Shown here: piece after piece, positions 24,460-38,497 of the stretch
Position numbering within the stretch: the stretch's first letter is position 1
How the letters are laid out: each line of letters begins with the position of its first letter
DNA from: Octopus sinensis
Lineage: Eukaryota
Direction: 5' to 3'
DNA length: 64,000 nt
NCBI RefSeq assembly: GCF_006345805.1
Contig: NC_043011.1
Location: 28,842,464 to 28,906,463, forward strand
The notes under the pieces: generated by a model
What the model was told of the DNA's origin: nothing
The model's input: the letters and a program-made list of their open reading frames with translations, nothing else
Database searches by the model: none
Made by a program: the position numbers and the translations under genes

Positions 24460-26882
24460 TATTTAGTTAGCCATTGCTTTATGTATTACTACTTAGTTAA
24501 GCCCTTTACTCTCTATGGAGTATAGGTCATCAACTACTTTTCTCCACTGTTCTGGACCCTAGGATGCCTTTTCTTATTCCAGGTCTTGTTGGTTTTGAAT
24601 TAGCATCAGTGCTTCTGCAACTTGGCTTTTTCTTTCTTTTTTTCTTTTGGCACCCTACACAAACCCATTTTTAGCTCTAAGAAGTTGAGGTCCATATGAA
24701 TCTTGCTTCTATCCTTTGACCTGTCCAGTATGGAGGGCCTACTATGAGCTTGTGCTCCACTGGCATAGCTGTCAGGGTCATTGAAACACACAAACCACCA
24801 TCCAGCAACAAGGACTTGTTCTTGTGGTGGATTGATTCATATATTGTCAACATGTATTTGCTGAAAGCTGGAACTTGGCACTGAGTTAATAAAGCAGTAA
24901 ACATGAAGTTTATTGCTGAAGAAAATCATATTTACTTAAAAATCAGTACCAGTACTGGTATACAAAACCTTGAAACTTACTTACAGCAGCTGAAGCTAGT
25001 ACTTAATTGACTATCTCTCTACAGTCACAACAGATACAGCTCTACCAACACAGACTAAGGCAAGACTTTACAGGTACAGATCAGATGGACCATGGTCCAT
25101 GCTTCAACATTCCATAGTGAATATATTGAATTGGTTCCCAGTTCGTTAATGTAGATCTAGTGAAAGAATTTTAACTGGACACTGAAAGATTATAAAACAT
25201 TTGTCAGTTATAATTTGCATCATTTGTCACAATTATAAACTGCACCTATCTATATCTAAGTGCCTTTGTCCAGTTCCTGGAATAACTGGGCTGACAGTTA
25301 TTTTAGATGAGTTTTTTATTGATGAACAAAAGTGTTACATCATGCAAAAAAAAACGTTTTCATCAGGTGAATACAGGTCAGAATTATACATTTTGAACAT
25401 AGTTGCCATTTGTGAATGCTTTCACAACTGGAGTACAAATCTGTATTTACTTTAGTAACTAAGTATTAAGGCCATGAGACTTAATGATGCTTCAACATTT
25501 CAAAGTGAATATATTGAATTGGTTCCCAGTTCATTAATGTAGATCCAGTGAAAGTATTTTAACTGGACACAGAAAGATTATAAAACATTTGTCAGTTATA
25601 ATTTGCGTCATTTGTCGCAATTATAAACTGCACCTATCTTGGAGCTTATCTATAATGGCATATCTATATCTAAGTGTCTTTGTCCAGATCCTGGAATAAC
25701 TGGGCTGACAGCTTTCTTGTCCACTGATCCTGCTTGCAGTTTCAAAATAGCATAAGGCACAAGCTTAACTGTGTGGTTAAAAAATTTGCTCCACAACCAC
25801 GTGATTTGTGGTTTCAATCCCACTGTCTGGTACCTTCAATAAGTATCTTCAACTATAGCTTGGGCTAACCAAAGCCTTGTTAATGGATTTGGTGAATGGA
25901 AACTGAAAGAAGCTTATCATATGTATGTACATTAGTATGTGTGCTCGAAAGCACATGTGTATGTTTGATTCTGCTTTCTTGTCTTGGTTTAATGTGAGTG
26001 TTGTAAACGAGTCTCACCATCATACAAATGTTGTTAGTTGTTTCCACTCTTTCATGAAAATATGTCCTGTCATGAGGAAATATCACATTTCTTACAAACA
26101 ACTGAGAGTTGGCAGTAGGAAGGGTATCCAGCCATAGACAATCTGCCTCAACAAATTCTGTCAGACCTGCACAAGCATGAAAACTTTTAGGGCATTTAAA
26201 TGATAATAATGAAATTCCTAATGTGGGCATAAAAGCTTAATGAATTGTCTGAGTTTAATTAAAACCTTCATTAATCCATTTTTGATGAAGCTCGCTGCTT
26301 ATGTTTCCAAATCAAATTTTAAAACAATCAAGAATTTACAAGGATTTAGTAAAGTAAATTTGGCATTACCAAGCTGCTTTCTGGAAGATAATTTACTAAA
26401 ATATTCTCGAAAATATAATTATGACAGACAGCTTTAATTTAAGAATGAACACTTTAAAACAGAGTTTTGTATCATGGAACTAGAATCAGTCTCCTGCAGG
26501 TTAGTAATAAAAGAGTTAGTTATGTTTGTCAAAAACCCAGGTTGATATCATTGTTTGAATCATCATCATCATTGCCATCATCAGCAGCATCGTCATCATC
26601 ATCATCATCATCATTGTCACCGTTATCATTTTATCATTCACTTTTCCTTGCTTGCATGAGTCAGCCTTCTTGTCACAAACCTGAATGCACCCTTGTTTTC
26701 CACCATGTTTTCCACCATGATCCGGACATGCAAGATTGGAAATGAATGACAATGTTTGTATGAGAGTAGCAGTCATTTACAACCATTACACGATAACAAG
26801 ATTAGGAATACTAATGTTGGATTCTCCCATCAATTTCAACATATAAGGGTCTGTCAGCTTTTATTATTTTTGGGGGGCTTTT

Positions 26883-27120
26883 TTGCTTTTGTTTTAGTTT
26901 TATGTCTCTCATGAGACCTTAATCCAGCTGTTGTCTAATCCACTATGTCTAATCCACAGATTAAACATAAGAAAGGTTGTTATAGAAAGTGACTGGCATG
27001 TTGCTTTTGTTTTAGTTTTATGTCTCTCATGAGACCTTAATCCAGCTGTTGTCTAATCCACTATGTCTAATCCACAGATTAAACATAAGAAAAGTTGTTA
27101 TAGAAAGTGACTGGCATGTT
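26883..27120. repeat. Tandem duplication 2 x 118 bp
   Basis: Units start at 26883 and 27001; one mismatch. Confidence 0.95.
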
Positions 27121-27889
27121 TGTTCAAAACTTGTTTAAGCTCTCAGTTCTTTAAGATGATCCAGATGGCCCAATTCATAGCTCATTGTGGTTTGTGGCAA
27201 GTTAATCTCCATTCATTGTGATTCAAGGCAGTTTTGTATTTTCTTTTAGTTTCTCTCTGCCAAAACAGCTCACAAGTCTTTGATCAGTTCGGGTCTATAT
27301 TAGAACAACACATGACTACAGTACCACAGAATGGGATTGAATCCATAACCGCACGGTTGGGAAGCAAGCTTCTTAACCACACACTCATACCTGTATCTGA
27401 ATAAGAGCCATTAATTCTTATAGACAATAAACTGGTAGCTTTCCTACCAATTTGGCCTCCTTTCAATTTCAAAATAGAATTAGAAAGGGAAACACAGTTA
27501 AATAATTCACCATTTCCTTTCTATTACAAAAGAAAGAATCATCTTTCCAGTAGTAATCTTTACTTTATTTTTTTCAAAAGTTAACCAAATTTAATTTAAA
27601 AGAAATGAAATACATTATATCATATGATCTTTATACAATTATTTAATTTGATTTACTTTTCTTTTATGATTTCACTTGAAAGTTCTTAATCTTTATACAC
27701 GGCTGCTATTTTGATCTAACTTAATCTCATCTAAGCATTTTTAACCATTCATGTCCTTTTGCACTGTATACTCTTTCGTTATAGGTTTATATTTAGATGG
27801 CCCACACTGTTGCCAACAACGTGGTAGAGAGAGAGAGTGAGTGTTTTGGCACAAATTTTACATTCAGTTTTCATTATTATTACAAGAGT

Positions 27890-28670
27890 TAAGGCAGCAA
27901 GCTAGCAGAAATGCTTAGCAGTATTTTGCCCATCACAATATTTCTCAGTTTAAATTCCACCAAGGTCAACTTTACCTTTCATCCTTTCAGGGTTTATAAA
28001 TTAAGTACCAGTTGAGCACTGAGGCCAATGTGATCAAATGTCCCCCCTCTCCACAAAATCCAGGTCTTGTGCCTATAGTAGAAAGGATTATTATTACAAG
28101 AGTGAATGTGGCAAGCTGGTATAATTGTTATTACATTGGATGTAATGCTTAGTGGCATTTCTTCTGGTTTTTATTCTTTTATTCTTCTACTTGTTTCACT
28201 CATTAGACCGCAGCCATGCTGGAGCACTACCTCAAAGAATTTTAGCCAAATTAATCAACCCCAGTACTTTATTTTTTAAACCTGGTACTTTTTCTATTGG
28301 TCTCTTTTGCCAAAACTGCTAAGTTACAGGGATGTAAACACACCAGCAAGCTTCTTTCAGTTTCTGTCTACCAAATCCAGTCATAAGACTTTGGTCGGCC
28401 CAAGGCTATAGTAGAAGACACTTACCCAAGGTGTCAGGCAGTGGAACTGAACCCAGAGCCATATTGTTGGAAAGCAAGCTTCTTACCACACAGCCACTTC
28501 TGTGCCTATACTTTTCTTTACATTTTGAGTTCAAATTACACTGAGGTCAATTTTGCCTTCTATCTTTCCAGGGTTTATAAAACAAAGTACTAGTCAAGTA
28601 CTGGGATCAGTGTAATAGACTTGCTCCCTCCCCTCAAAATTACTGACCTTCTACCAAATTTAGAAAGAAT
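27890..28670. mobile_element. Two SINE A copies, the second split by a nested SINE B (-) at ~28172-28510
   Basis: gcatttcttctggtttt | SINE B | ctttacattttgagttcaaat rejoins the family A sequence. Confidence 0.8.
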
Positions 28671-29067
28671 TATTTTTTCTAGTGTTACCTATTATATGAC
28701 AGTTAACTTTGGCAGTATACATTTGCCATAATATCAGGAAACATGGCATACATTCAATAATTATAATTTAACATTTATCAAATTTGTTATTGTTAATATA
28801 AAATAATGAAATAAATATTGGTTTCAAATTTTGGCACAAGGCTGGGTAATATATCCATCCAAATTCACACTTCATCATCGTCATCATCCTCATTTAACAT
28901 CCATTTTCCATGCTGGCATCAGTTGGATGGTTTGACTGAAAACTGGTTAAGCTGGGGAGCTGCACCAGGTTTCAATCTGATTTGGCATGGTTGCTATGGC
29001 TGGATGCCCTTCTTAACGCCAACCGCTTCTAGAGTGTAGTGGTTGCATTTTATGTGTCACAAGCACT

Positions 29068-29100
<33 letters not shown>

Positions 29101-29242
29101 TTCTGAAGCACTTTGCTAAAAACATAAAACAACCACTCTTTCTTTCCTTCTCTGAGCATCTTATTAATACTTTACGTGTACCACATCCTTGCATTTTTGC
29201 TTTTTGTCTTATTTCTCTGGGTTTTTTTATTAATCATATATA

Positions 29243-29755
29243 TCTTTATATATAAAACTGTAGTTGTGTGAGTGTCTGTCCCCTTCGATTTAGATTCCTA
29301 ACCACTCCCACATTTTGCGGTGCAGTTTAACCAAATTCGGGTATCTTATAGTCGTGATTCATATCGAGCCCGTCTGAGTATTAGCGCACGTCTACGATGA
29401 GGCTACGATTTTTAAAATAATTTAACATCATTTTTTATTCCATTTTAATGCATAATTTTTCGTGTGTCGATGGCGGCGGAGTTGGCGTCCATGGTCACAC
29501 CTGCACCTGTTTGCTTCTCCCCCTTCTTCCCTCCCTCGTGAAGCTGTGGGGAAGGGAGTGTAAGGAAATCAACGTCGTAAAGCGTTGTCAAGGAGACCAG
29601 CATTCTTTTAGAACAACGACTTCATGGCTTGAAGACACCAAAATTACCATCATTTTTTATTCCATTTTTAATGCCTTTTTTTGCTATAACTCACTAAAAA
29701 TGCTTATATAGTTATTTCCCTTACAAAACCGAGCAACGCCGGGCGATACTGCTAG
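29243..29755 (+). mobile_element. Non-autonomous Helitron, young
   Basis: A|TC 5' end, subterminal hairpin CCGAGCAACGCCGG (29729-42), CTAG|T 3' end, no TSD, CpG-rich. Confidence 0.88.
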
Positions 29756-30646
29756 TATATATATAAAACGATGATGATGATGTATATATATCAAAGCAAA
29801 GTGGGATCAATAAGGGAATTAGTAATCCAGGAAAAATACTTCTTAAGCTCTCTGTAGATGAAAATACACGAGGTTAACAAAAAGTCCTGTGATTGTACAC
29901 TAGGTAATCTGTGTTTGTGTACGTGTGCGTGTGTATGCATTTCCCCGAAAAGAAGAACCAGCCATCAGTGGGTGTGAATAATTCTGCAGATGTTACATCA
30001 GAGTTTTCCTTCTCGTTAGAGAAATATCTAAACAAAGTCTAAGTGTCATTTACTCCCAGCTGCCAAATGACCATTGATTCTGCTGCCTTCATCTGCCCTT
30101 CGATAGGTTTTGTTTTGTGTTCTGCAGAGTGTCCAACAAAATCCTTGACAGGTTTTGCTTTGTGCTATAGAGTGTCCAATGGAAATCACCCTCCTTGCTA
30201 AACAAATGCATATATTGTTTAGAGAGTGGGATTGGCTCTGAACAAAACCTTTCCTCACAGCAAAAAAGCATCAGATTTAAGCATCACTTGATTTTTAACA
30301 TTTCTATTATGAGCTGCATACTCTGACTGGCAACAGCTGAGAAAGACAAAACACCCAATGAAAAAATTCCATTATAAAATAAAGACATGTGTGGTATGGG
30401 TGGTAAACTCTCTGAACACCTGCTGCAAGAGGCACCCATCAATGCCATCTCTGTGCTAAAGACTAAAGTGTGTTGGTCCCAAGCAGGACTGAAAGTTACA
30501 TCCATGTTGCTCATGTGTGGAGGAACAATTAAATGACGGCATTACTCAGAGTTGAGTTGCAGCCATCATTAATATATGTATGTGCTTTGCATTTATGTAA
30601 GGGTTTGTATGCATGAATATATTTGTATATATGTATGTATATATAA

Positions 30647-31884
30647 CTATAGACATGACAGAAGTAAACAGACACACTTATAATCATTAAAATTTATTTA
30701 AATCTGAAATTATACATTAAAATTATTTATTAATTGTTATAATGTGAATACATAATATCTAGTAGACATTCCCTTTGCATTTTTCAATGCAAGGACCCTA
30801 TTAGGCATGTTACTGATCAGATGACGAATATTTTCTTGCGGAATTTCTTACCAAATTTCATGTAGTAATCTCAGAAGATTTGGTTTTGAAGATGCTTTCT
30901 TGTTCTTTTTATGAAGTGTCCTGTCCATTATGTCCCAGAGGTGTTCCATGGGGTTCATATCTGGAGACTGGATTGGCCATAGAAGCTTTTCAATGGCATT
31001 CTCAACCAACAAATCTTGGGTCATTTTAGCCGTGTAACAATAAATAAAGTGTCTTCTTTAATCATTTCACCACTGGAGAAGATTGGAAGGAATCCTTTCT
31101 GCAATATGGACACATATTTATCTGAGTTTATGTTTTCCCTCATATTCCACCAGCTCTGATCTACCATTGCTCCACATTACTCCCCAGACCGTCACAGAAT
31201 AGCTGCCATATTTCATTGTTAGCTGCAATCTTTTCACATCAAATTTTTGATCACAGAGTCTCCAGATCCACACTCGACCACTATTAGGAAAAACAGCAAA
31301 TCTGGACTCATCAGAGAATATGACAGTGTCCCAAAATATTAGTGGCCTCTCTGCCATTTCACTAGCCCAATCTTTTCTCCGCTTGATGTTGGTTGGTCAA
31401 AGAAGTAGCTTCTTTCTTACCGCTCTGCCATAGTAACCTAGTTTGTGGAGATATCTGAAAGCTGTTCTGGGACTGACATCAACTTGTTCTGCTATGTCAG
31501 AGGCTTTGCAACAATGATTATCCTCCACATTTAACAAAGAGAAGGGTCCTGTTAGAGGGCCCATGTTGATCTGGGTGAGATGACATGGACTCCTTCCTCT
31601 CTCTGGTGAATTGCACAATCACTCTATTAACTATAGAAAGCAAGATCCCAAGGTTTTCTGCGATTCTACGCTGACTACGTCCACCTTCAGAGTTACCCAC
31701 ATTATAGCCTCTTTGAAATTCAGACAGTTCCAAGGCTTCTTTTATACATGACATGATTAAACAGTCACATATAGAACCTGAAACCTAAAAATGTCAATCA
31801 ATAAAGAACATAAACCTTTACAAGTTAGAATAAACATAAAACGATGTTTTATGATCTGTCTATTTACTTCTGTCATGTCTGTGT
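30647..31884 (-). mobile_element. Near full-length degenerate Tc1 (DD34E) transposon
   Basis: ~27-bp TIRs (acagacatgacagaagtaaa.agaca). Frameshifted peptides ELSEFQRG...IAENLG, WDTVIFSDESRF and WPIQSPDMNPMEHLWD. Confidence 0.92.
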
Positions 31885-32592
31885 ATATCGTCAGTGATCC
31901 AAAAGAGAAGCACACTTTAAGTTATCGAGCACATAGAGTAAATAGTTAAAGAGAGTTTTTCTCCATCCACTTTGAAGAGAGGTTATAGGCCACTGGCCAT
32001 TAAGGCCTGATGAGCCACTATAAAGTTAAGCGCTTTATAGATTTGAAACGCTGGGTAACCCCATAGAACAGCCAAAACTATCTTCATCTAATGACATATA
32101 TGTGTATGTGTGTGTATGTATATATGCATGAGTGTGCATTTGTGTGTGGATGTGTGTGTGTGTGTGTGTGTGTGCGTGTTTGTTTGTGAGTCCGTCTGTA
32201 TTTCTTCCTTGTCTTCACATATGTTCACTGTTTGTGTTAAAGAAATACACCACTGTTCATACTGGCTGTGTTGTTTGTTTCCTGTTCTCTGCCTGACTAT
32301 GTCCAGACTGGCTGGCTGTTCATTGTTCAATAGACTGGAGCATAATTAAACTTGCTTGGCAACAAGTGATGTTGGAGCTAGAAGGGGAATTCAACCATAG
32401 AAAATTCTGCTCCACCATTGTCTCTGTTAACCCATGCAAGCATAAAAATGTTAGATGTTAAAATAAGGATGATGATGATGATAATGATATATACACACAC
32501 ACAAATATATATATATGTATATATATACATGTATATGTGTGTATAAACACACACACACACACATATATATATAAACTTACTATGCATGTATA

Positions 32593-33499
32593 CAAGGGGG
32601 TACCCAAAAGTAACCAGAACCATTCTCTGTGTGACAAACCCATTGTAGCTCAGACTTCCGTCACTAGAAGCCACTTGATGCAACCTTCAGGCATCAGTCT
32701 GCCAACTGGTATTGTTAGGTATAGTCATACTGCCATATGATGCATCTTCATTTTGCAGTGCTTCTCCCCTGTTCATCAATTTTTGCAATGGCTGAAACAA
32801 AGGAACAGCATGCTTCCAAGAAATTTTGTTTTCTGCTGGAGAATATGGTGACCAAAACAGTTTTCATGCTTCAAACAACTTACAAGGACACTGCCATGAG
32901 CAAAACCACAAGTTTACAAATGGTTTCCATGCTTTAGGAATGGTTGCTTGTCTCTTGAAGACCAACTTCATTCAGGATGACTGTCAACCTCCTGAATGAA
33001 TGAAAACCTCATGAAAATCCATGAACTGATCTTGAAGTACCATTATCAAACAACTGATGAATTTGTTGATATGACTGATGTATCCTGGAGCCCTGTCAAC
33101 GAATTTTGAGTGAGGAATTGCAAATGAAAAGAGTTGCAGCAAAATTTGTGCCTCGCTTGCTCGTGGAAAATCAAAAGCAGTCATGAATGAATGTGCTTCA
33201 TGAACTGAAAGAACAATTGGAAGTTGATCCAGATCTTTTTTTCGAGGGTCATCACTGGTGATGAAAGCTAGTGCTACGGAATTTTCAGATGTGGATGAGG
33301 CGAAGAAAAAAATAATGGAGGCATAAAAAGGCATCACTTCACAAGAGTTCCAGCACTGCTTCACATAGTGGGAAACACAATTGGACCGATGCATTGCTTC
33401 AGACAGAGAATACTTTGAAGACAATAAAAGTGTAAACATGTAAAACTAAGTGAATAAAATAATATTGCAAAATTCCAGTTTCTTTTTGGTATCCCCTCA
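32593..33499 (+). mobile_element. Internally deleted mariner
   Basis: TA-flanked TIRs caagggggtacccaaaagtaaccagaa / ttccagtttctttttggtatcccctca. Peptides MKRVAAKFVPRLL and ITGDES, then a jump to the C-terminal QEFQHCF*W...LDRCI...EYFE. Confidence 0.9.
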
Positions 33500-34179
33500 T
33501 ATATATATATATATGTGTGTGTGTATACATATATGCATGTCATGTAAAAATGCCTGTGCAGTACCTCATAAAAGCACCCAGCACACTCTAAAGTGGTTGG
33601 TGTTAGGAAGGGCATCCAGCCATAGAAATCATATCAAATCAGACTGGAGTCTGGTGCAGCCCACCAACTTACCAGCTCTGGTCACACCGTACAACCCATG
33701 CAGGCACGGACAACAGACATTAAATGATAAGGATGATGAACTTCTGTATATAAATGTACCATGCACACAAAGGGAGGGCTGTATGTTTACATAGGGCAGA
33801 CAGCTGATTCATTTAAGAATTGTTATCACAACGATGTCACCAGCTTCAACAGAATCAGTAAGATACATTCAACATCTTTGGCTGATTTTTTGTGTGGCAA
33901 CTGAAGGAGGATAAAATTAAGTACAACATAACTTGGTCCATAGTAAGGCATGCAAAACCATACAATATCATTTCCAGATGCTGACTCTGCCCTGAGAAAT
34001 CCCTGTCTATTCTGTGGACCAATGTGAAGATCATTAATAGAATTTCTGAAAGACTTTCAAGATGCCTACATGCATATAAATGTTGTTGGCATCTTTTTGT
34101 CTCGGGATACAATGGAGTTGCACACAAACTAATCTAGTCTGGTTTTTACATTTCATGTCCTCTCCAGTTTTGCACAGGC

Positions 34180-34420
34180 CTGGGCTAGATGTAAGAAAAT
34201 CCTGGGTAGCCCAATCGTCAGGATTCCTCTCTCGACCTTGCTGGCGTAGTCCAAAGGAGTGCAGAGCATTACATTTGGCACCAGCTTGGTTGCAGGAGCT
34301 GCAGGACGAGTGTTGAGTCAAACACTAAACTGCCTACGGGGCTCCACTCCAGATTTCTTTGAAGGTTGTCTCCTTTCCGTAACCCTGGATAGGGGCCCAT
34401 ACCGGCTACTGTCAGCCAGA
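34180..34420 (+). mobile_element. Probable RTE LINE 5' region fragment
   Basis: ggcgtagtccaaagga...tttggcaccagc...gcaggagctgc...aactgcctacggggctccactccagattt resembles RTE 5' UTRs (recalled, not searched). Confidence 0.5.
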
Positions 34421-35058
34421 GTCAGCTGAGCCCGAGACTCATGTCAGGCAAGGTCGTCACTCCCTGAAGTAGTGAAGAAAATCGCTACCCACTACCTAAA
34501 TGTACTTTCACACAATGCAGTGGGAATAAAATTGAGTAACTGTTAACATAATTTACTTTGAGCTTTAACCTCCTTGTTTTTATAAACACTAAGTAGCTAC
34601 TTTTAACTCGCTATGTGAATGTGTGTACCAAACCACACATGTGCATATGCTTACCTTTCCATTGATGCTTGTATGAACATGTGTACATGTTGCATGTGTA
34701 CATGCAACATGAGGGCATTTATACATCGATATCTGTTAACAGTTACTTTTAATACATTTCTCACTGTATTGTGCATTCATTTCTCTTTTGCATCTGTTAT
34801 TTTATTATTGATTTCTTTTGTATAAATGAAGATGTATCCTTGTTTTGCTGCTTTTCTTTCTACAAAATGAGAAGATGCATTGCAGAACTCTTATTTTAAT
34901 GAGTTATATCTATTTATCACCTAAAGAGGCACATCTGCATTATTGGATGCTCCAAAACCAGTTGTTAAGTGTCCCACCCATAAGGGGTAGATGCTACATG
35001 CATCAAAACAAATGCCATGATTAATAAAAATTCTCATATCTTCCATCTTCCATTTACC

Positions 35059-35111
<53 letters not shown>

Positions 35112-35161
35112 CATATATATATATATACATATGTATATATACATGTGTATATTTATGTATA

Positions 35162-35223
<62 letters not shown>

Positions 35224-35225
35224 TA

Positions 35226-35256
<31 letters not shown>

Positions 35257-36239
35257 ATGTATGTATGTATGTATGAGACAACAGTCTACTCTGAGTACCA
35301 CTCTTAATTGGACTGAAGTATGATACATTGTTACATTACTAAATGTGTGTGTGTTTTTTTTTTTAGAAGGGTATTTTTTTTTAGAAGTGCAAGATCCCTG
35401 AACATAGAAGTTTTCAATCCACTCAGCAATTTCCCTTAACTTACTGACAAGATACTAACTGTCCTTGGGTCTAATTGTGGCCAATGTAGATTCTTGCCAG
35501 TTACCAGGAAATCTGAACTTATTTATTTTGTGCTACTAAAATATTATCAGGAAATGAATTTAAACTGATTCTATTGAATAACAAATGGTAGCACTATTTT
35601 GGATTTCTTTAAAGTTCAGCTTTTGGCTTCACCTGGTTTACAGACATTTGAACTTTAAACAAACTAAGAAAATAGCTTCGCTTGCCAGTGTTTATCTAAG
35701 CAGAAATATTGAAGTGAATCTTAATGAAGATAAACAGTGTTTGTTGGTAGCATATACATACTCATTTGTTTGTTTTTATCTGTTTTTCCATTTTTGCATG
35801 GGTTAGGGGAATATGTTATTAAAGTATGGTCTTACAGCCAGATGTTTTTTCTGGCACTGATCCTTACCTATTTTTCAAGTGTGGCACCTCTTATTTCGCA
35901 CGTCTTCAATGTTGCAACGCCAGTGGATGATTGGTTAACAAAAGAAATGACATCACTGTTTGTAACTCAAGATTTTGAAGAAATTTACGTGGAAATAAAC
36001 ACACAGACATACACATACATACATACCCTCATACAATATATATATGTGTGTGTGTGTGTATGTGTGTGTGTGTTTACATACCTTGTTCAAGTATCTTCTA
36101 TAGCGCTGGGCCAACCAAAGCCTTGTGACAGAAACTGAAAGACCATCGTGTGTGTGTGTGTTTGTGTCCCTTTGTCTTGATATCACATGATAGTTGTGTG
36201 TGTCCCCATCATATAAGCAGTGTCTTTCCTTTCTAGTCT

Positions 36240-36795
36240 TCCATGAAAGCATGTCTAGTCTTCTATGCATGTATTCTCATGCATATAGCTACATATCTAG
36301 ACATGCTCATATATATTTAAATGATAAACTTCTGGAAGGTTTTACAGATTTTTACAATTCCAGTGATGGACTGGATCAGTAGGCTTCGAATTAGCTTTCT
36401 CCTTTCTGGTTTTGAGAAGCCTAATTTCTCAAGATTAGTATTTAAGCAGTGTGTTACATATCTCAGGGTCCCAATAATTGCAGGTATAAACCTGAACTTG
36501 TAATATGGATAGAGTAACTGCAGATTTTTCAATAGTTCAGCATAGGATCTCTCTTTTTCACTGATCTTCAGCTTTATGTTAACATCTGCTGGGCAGCTAA
36601 TTTCCACAACTGTGCACAGTTTCTCTTCTCAATCCCAAATCATTATATCAGGTCTATTGTTCTTACATTTTATTGAGGTCTTCACTGGTACATTCCACCA
36701 GTACTCCTTTTTTATTATGAGTGGTTGTGGCTTCTACCATGTTGTGGGTTTTATTTCTTTGTCCTTGAGATTATCCTTCCAACGGATTTCGTTAT
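36240..36795 (-). mobile_element. 3' relic of a restriction-like-endonuclease (RLE) non-LTR retrotransposon
   Basis: KEYWWNVPVKTSIKCKNNRPDIMIWD*EEKLCTVVEISCPADVNIKLKISEKERSY..L..LQLLYP...IPAIIG shows the PD-(D/E) endonuclease signature. Confidence 0.85.
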
Positions 36796-37149
36796 ATGTA
36801 TGTATGGTATGCATGCATGCATGCATACACTCACACACACATTGGATAATATAGTCTTGTATGTCCTCCAGCAGAACCAAGATGCTCAAAACTGAAATGA
36901 CTTTGATCTCAGATTTGTTCAATCGTGGTTGAGCTGAGACTAAACAACAACAACATAATGACAAACACTTTATTTTCAGTTGCTGTGATGATTTGCCAAT
37001 ATATTCCTTTGAATCTCAAATACCAAATGATTTTGTAGTGACTCTTTCCATCATAAAGACCAAAAGCAATACATGGAAATATTTGAATTTGAAACTGTTA
37101 AATCTATGTTTATTCTAACTAAACAAACATGGAAAAATAAAGATTTGTG

Positions 37150-37203
<54 letters not shown>

Positions 37204-38497
37204 CGTGTGCGTGTATGTGTGTGTGTGAGCATGTCAGTATACAGAAACTTTTGATTGCATGACTGTTACACCTATTTCTTTTAATATGATTTTATTTCAT
37301 TAATTTTCTCATTACTAAATATTAAATAAAATGTTTGCTGACTTTCAAAGCTTCTTTAAACTCTGTCTGTAGCTTCTGTACTTTTTGTTGCTTTATTTTT
37401 TTTTTTTATTCAGCTATTTTATCTTTCTAAATTTCAATACCGTTTACTTAGAAATTTCATTCCCCCCCCCCCCACACACACACACACTGCAATAGGAAAG
37501 ATACCATTTATAAAATCAAAAGAGATATTCAAAGAAATATTGTTATTATATATGCAATATTTATGTCAACAAATGCCTGCTCCAAAGACTTCATCAATCA
37601 AACAGCAGCAATCTTTATGGGACTACCAAACCTCTATTGAAACTGGTTATCTGTTGCTTACAGCAATAAGAGTTCCAGTTGAGCCAGTCAATGGAACAGC
37701 CATCTCATGGCAGTAACCCTTTAACATTCAGATTTTTCTACCATTTGTAATTCTTATTGACTCAGTGTTTTGAATTAATCATGCATTGGCCAGTTTATAT
37801 GCTAAAGAGTTAATGTACAAGTAATTGAACACTCCACAGACATGTGTATCCTTAATCTTTTAGCATTTAAACCAGCCATATCAAGCCCAAATATTCTACA
37901 CATTTTACATTCAAACCAGCCAGATCTAGCCTTTCCCACCTACCCTACAATGTGTTTCTAAAAAGAAACAATCACATCATTGAAATCTTGAAGCTATAAG
38001 ATAATTAATGCAGGATTAATTCAAAACAATGTGAATATATAAGCATTACATTTGATGGGATTAATGTGGTTCCTAAGGAAACTCAGTACGACACAGAATG
38101 TGACAAGGCTGGCCCTTTGAAATACAGGGATTACACATTTTTGCCAGCTGAGTAGACTTGGAGCAACATGAAAGAATGTGCCTTGCTCAAGGACATGACA
38201 CGCCACCAGAAATTGAACTCACAACCTTATGATCACAATCCACACACCCTAGTCACTGAGCCACATGCCCTCACCCAATCCCTACAGTTATAGCATGGGG
38301 GATACATTATCCCCAGTGCATACCAATTCAAGAAATCTTGAACTAAAACTGAATAATGATATACATACATACATCCATACATCCATCCATCCATCCATCC
38401 ATACATACATACATACCAATCTCATCACATATGCATCTTATTATTATTAAGCTAATCGAGTGACCCTTATTTTTTTTACATGTACTTTCCATGCTGA

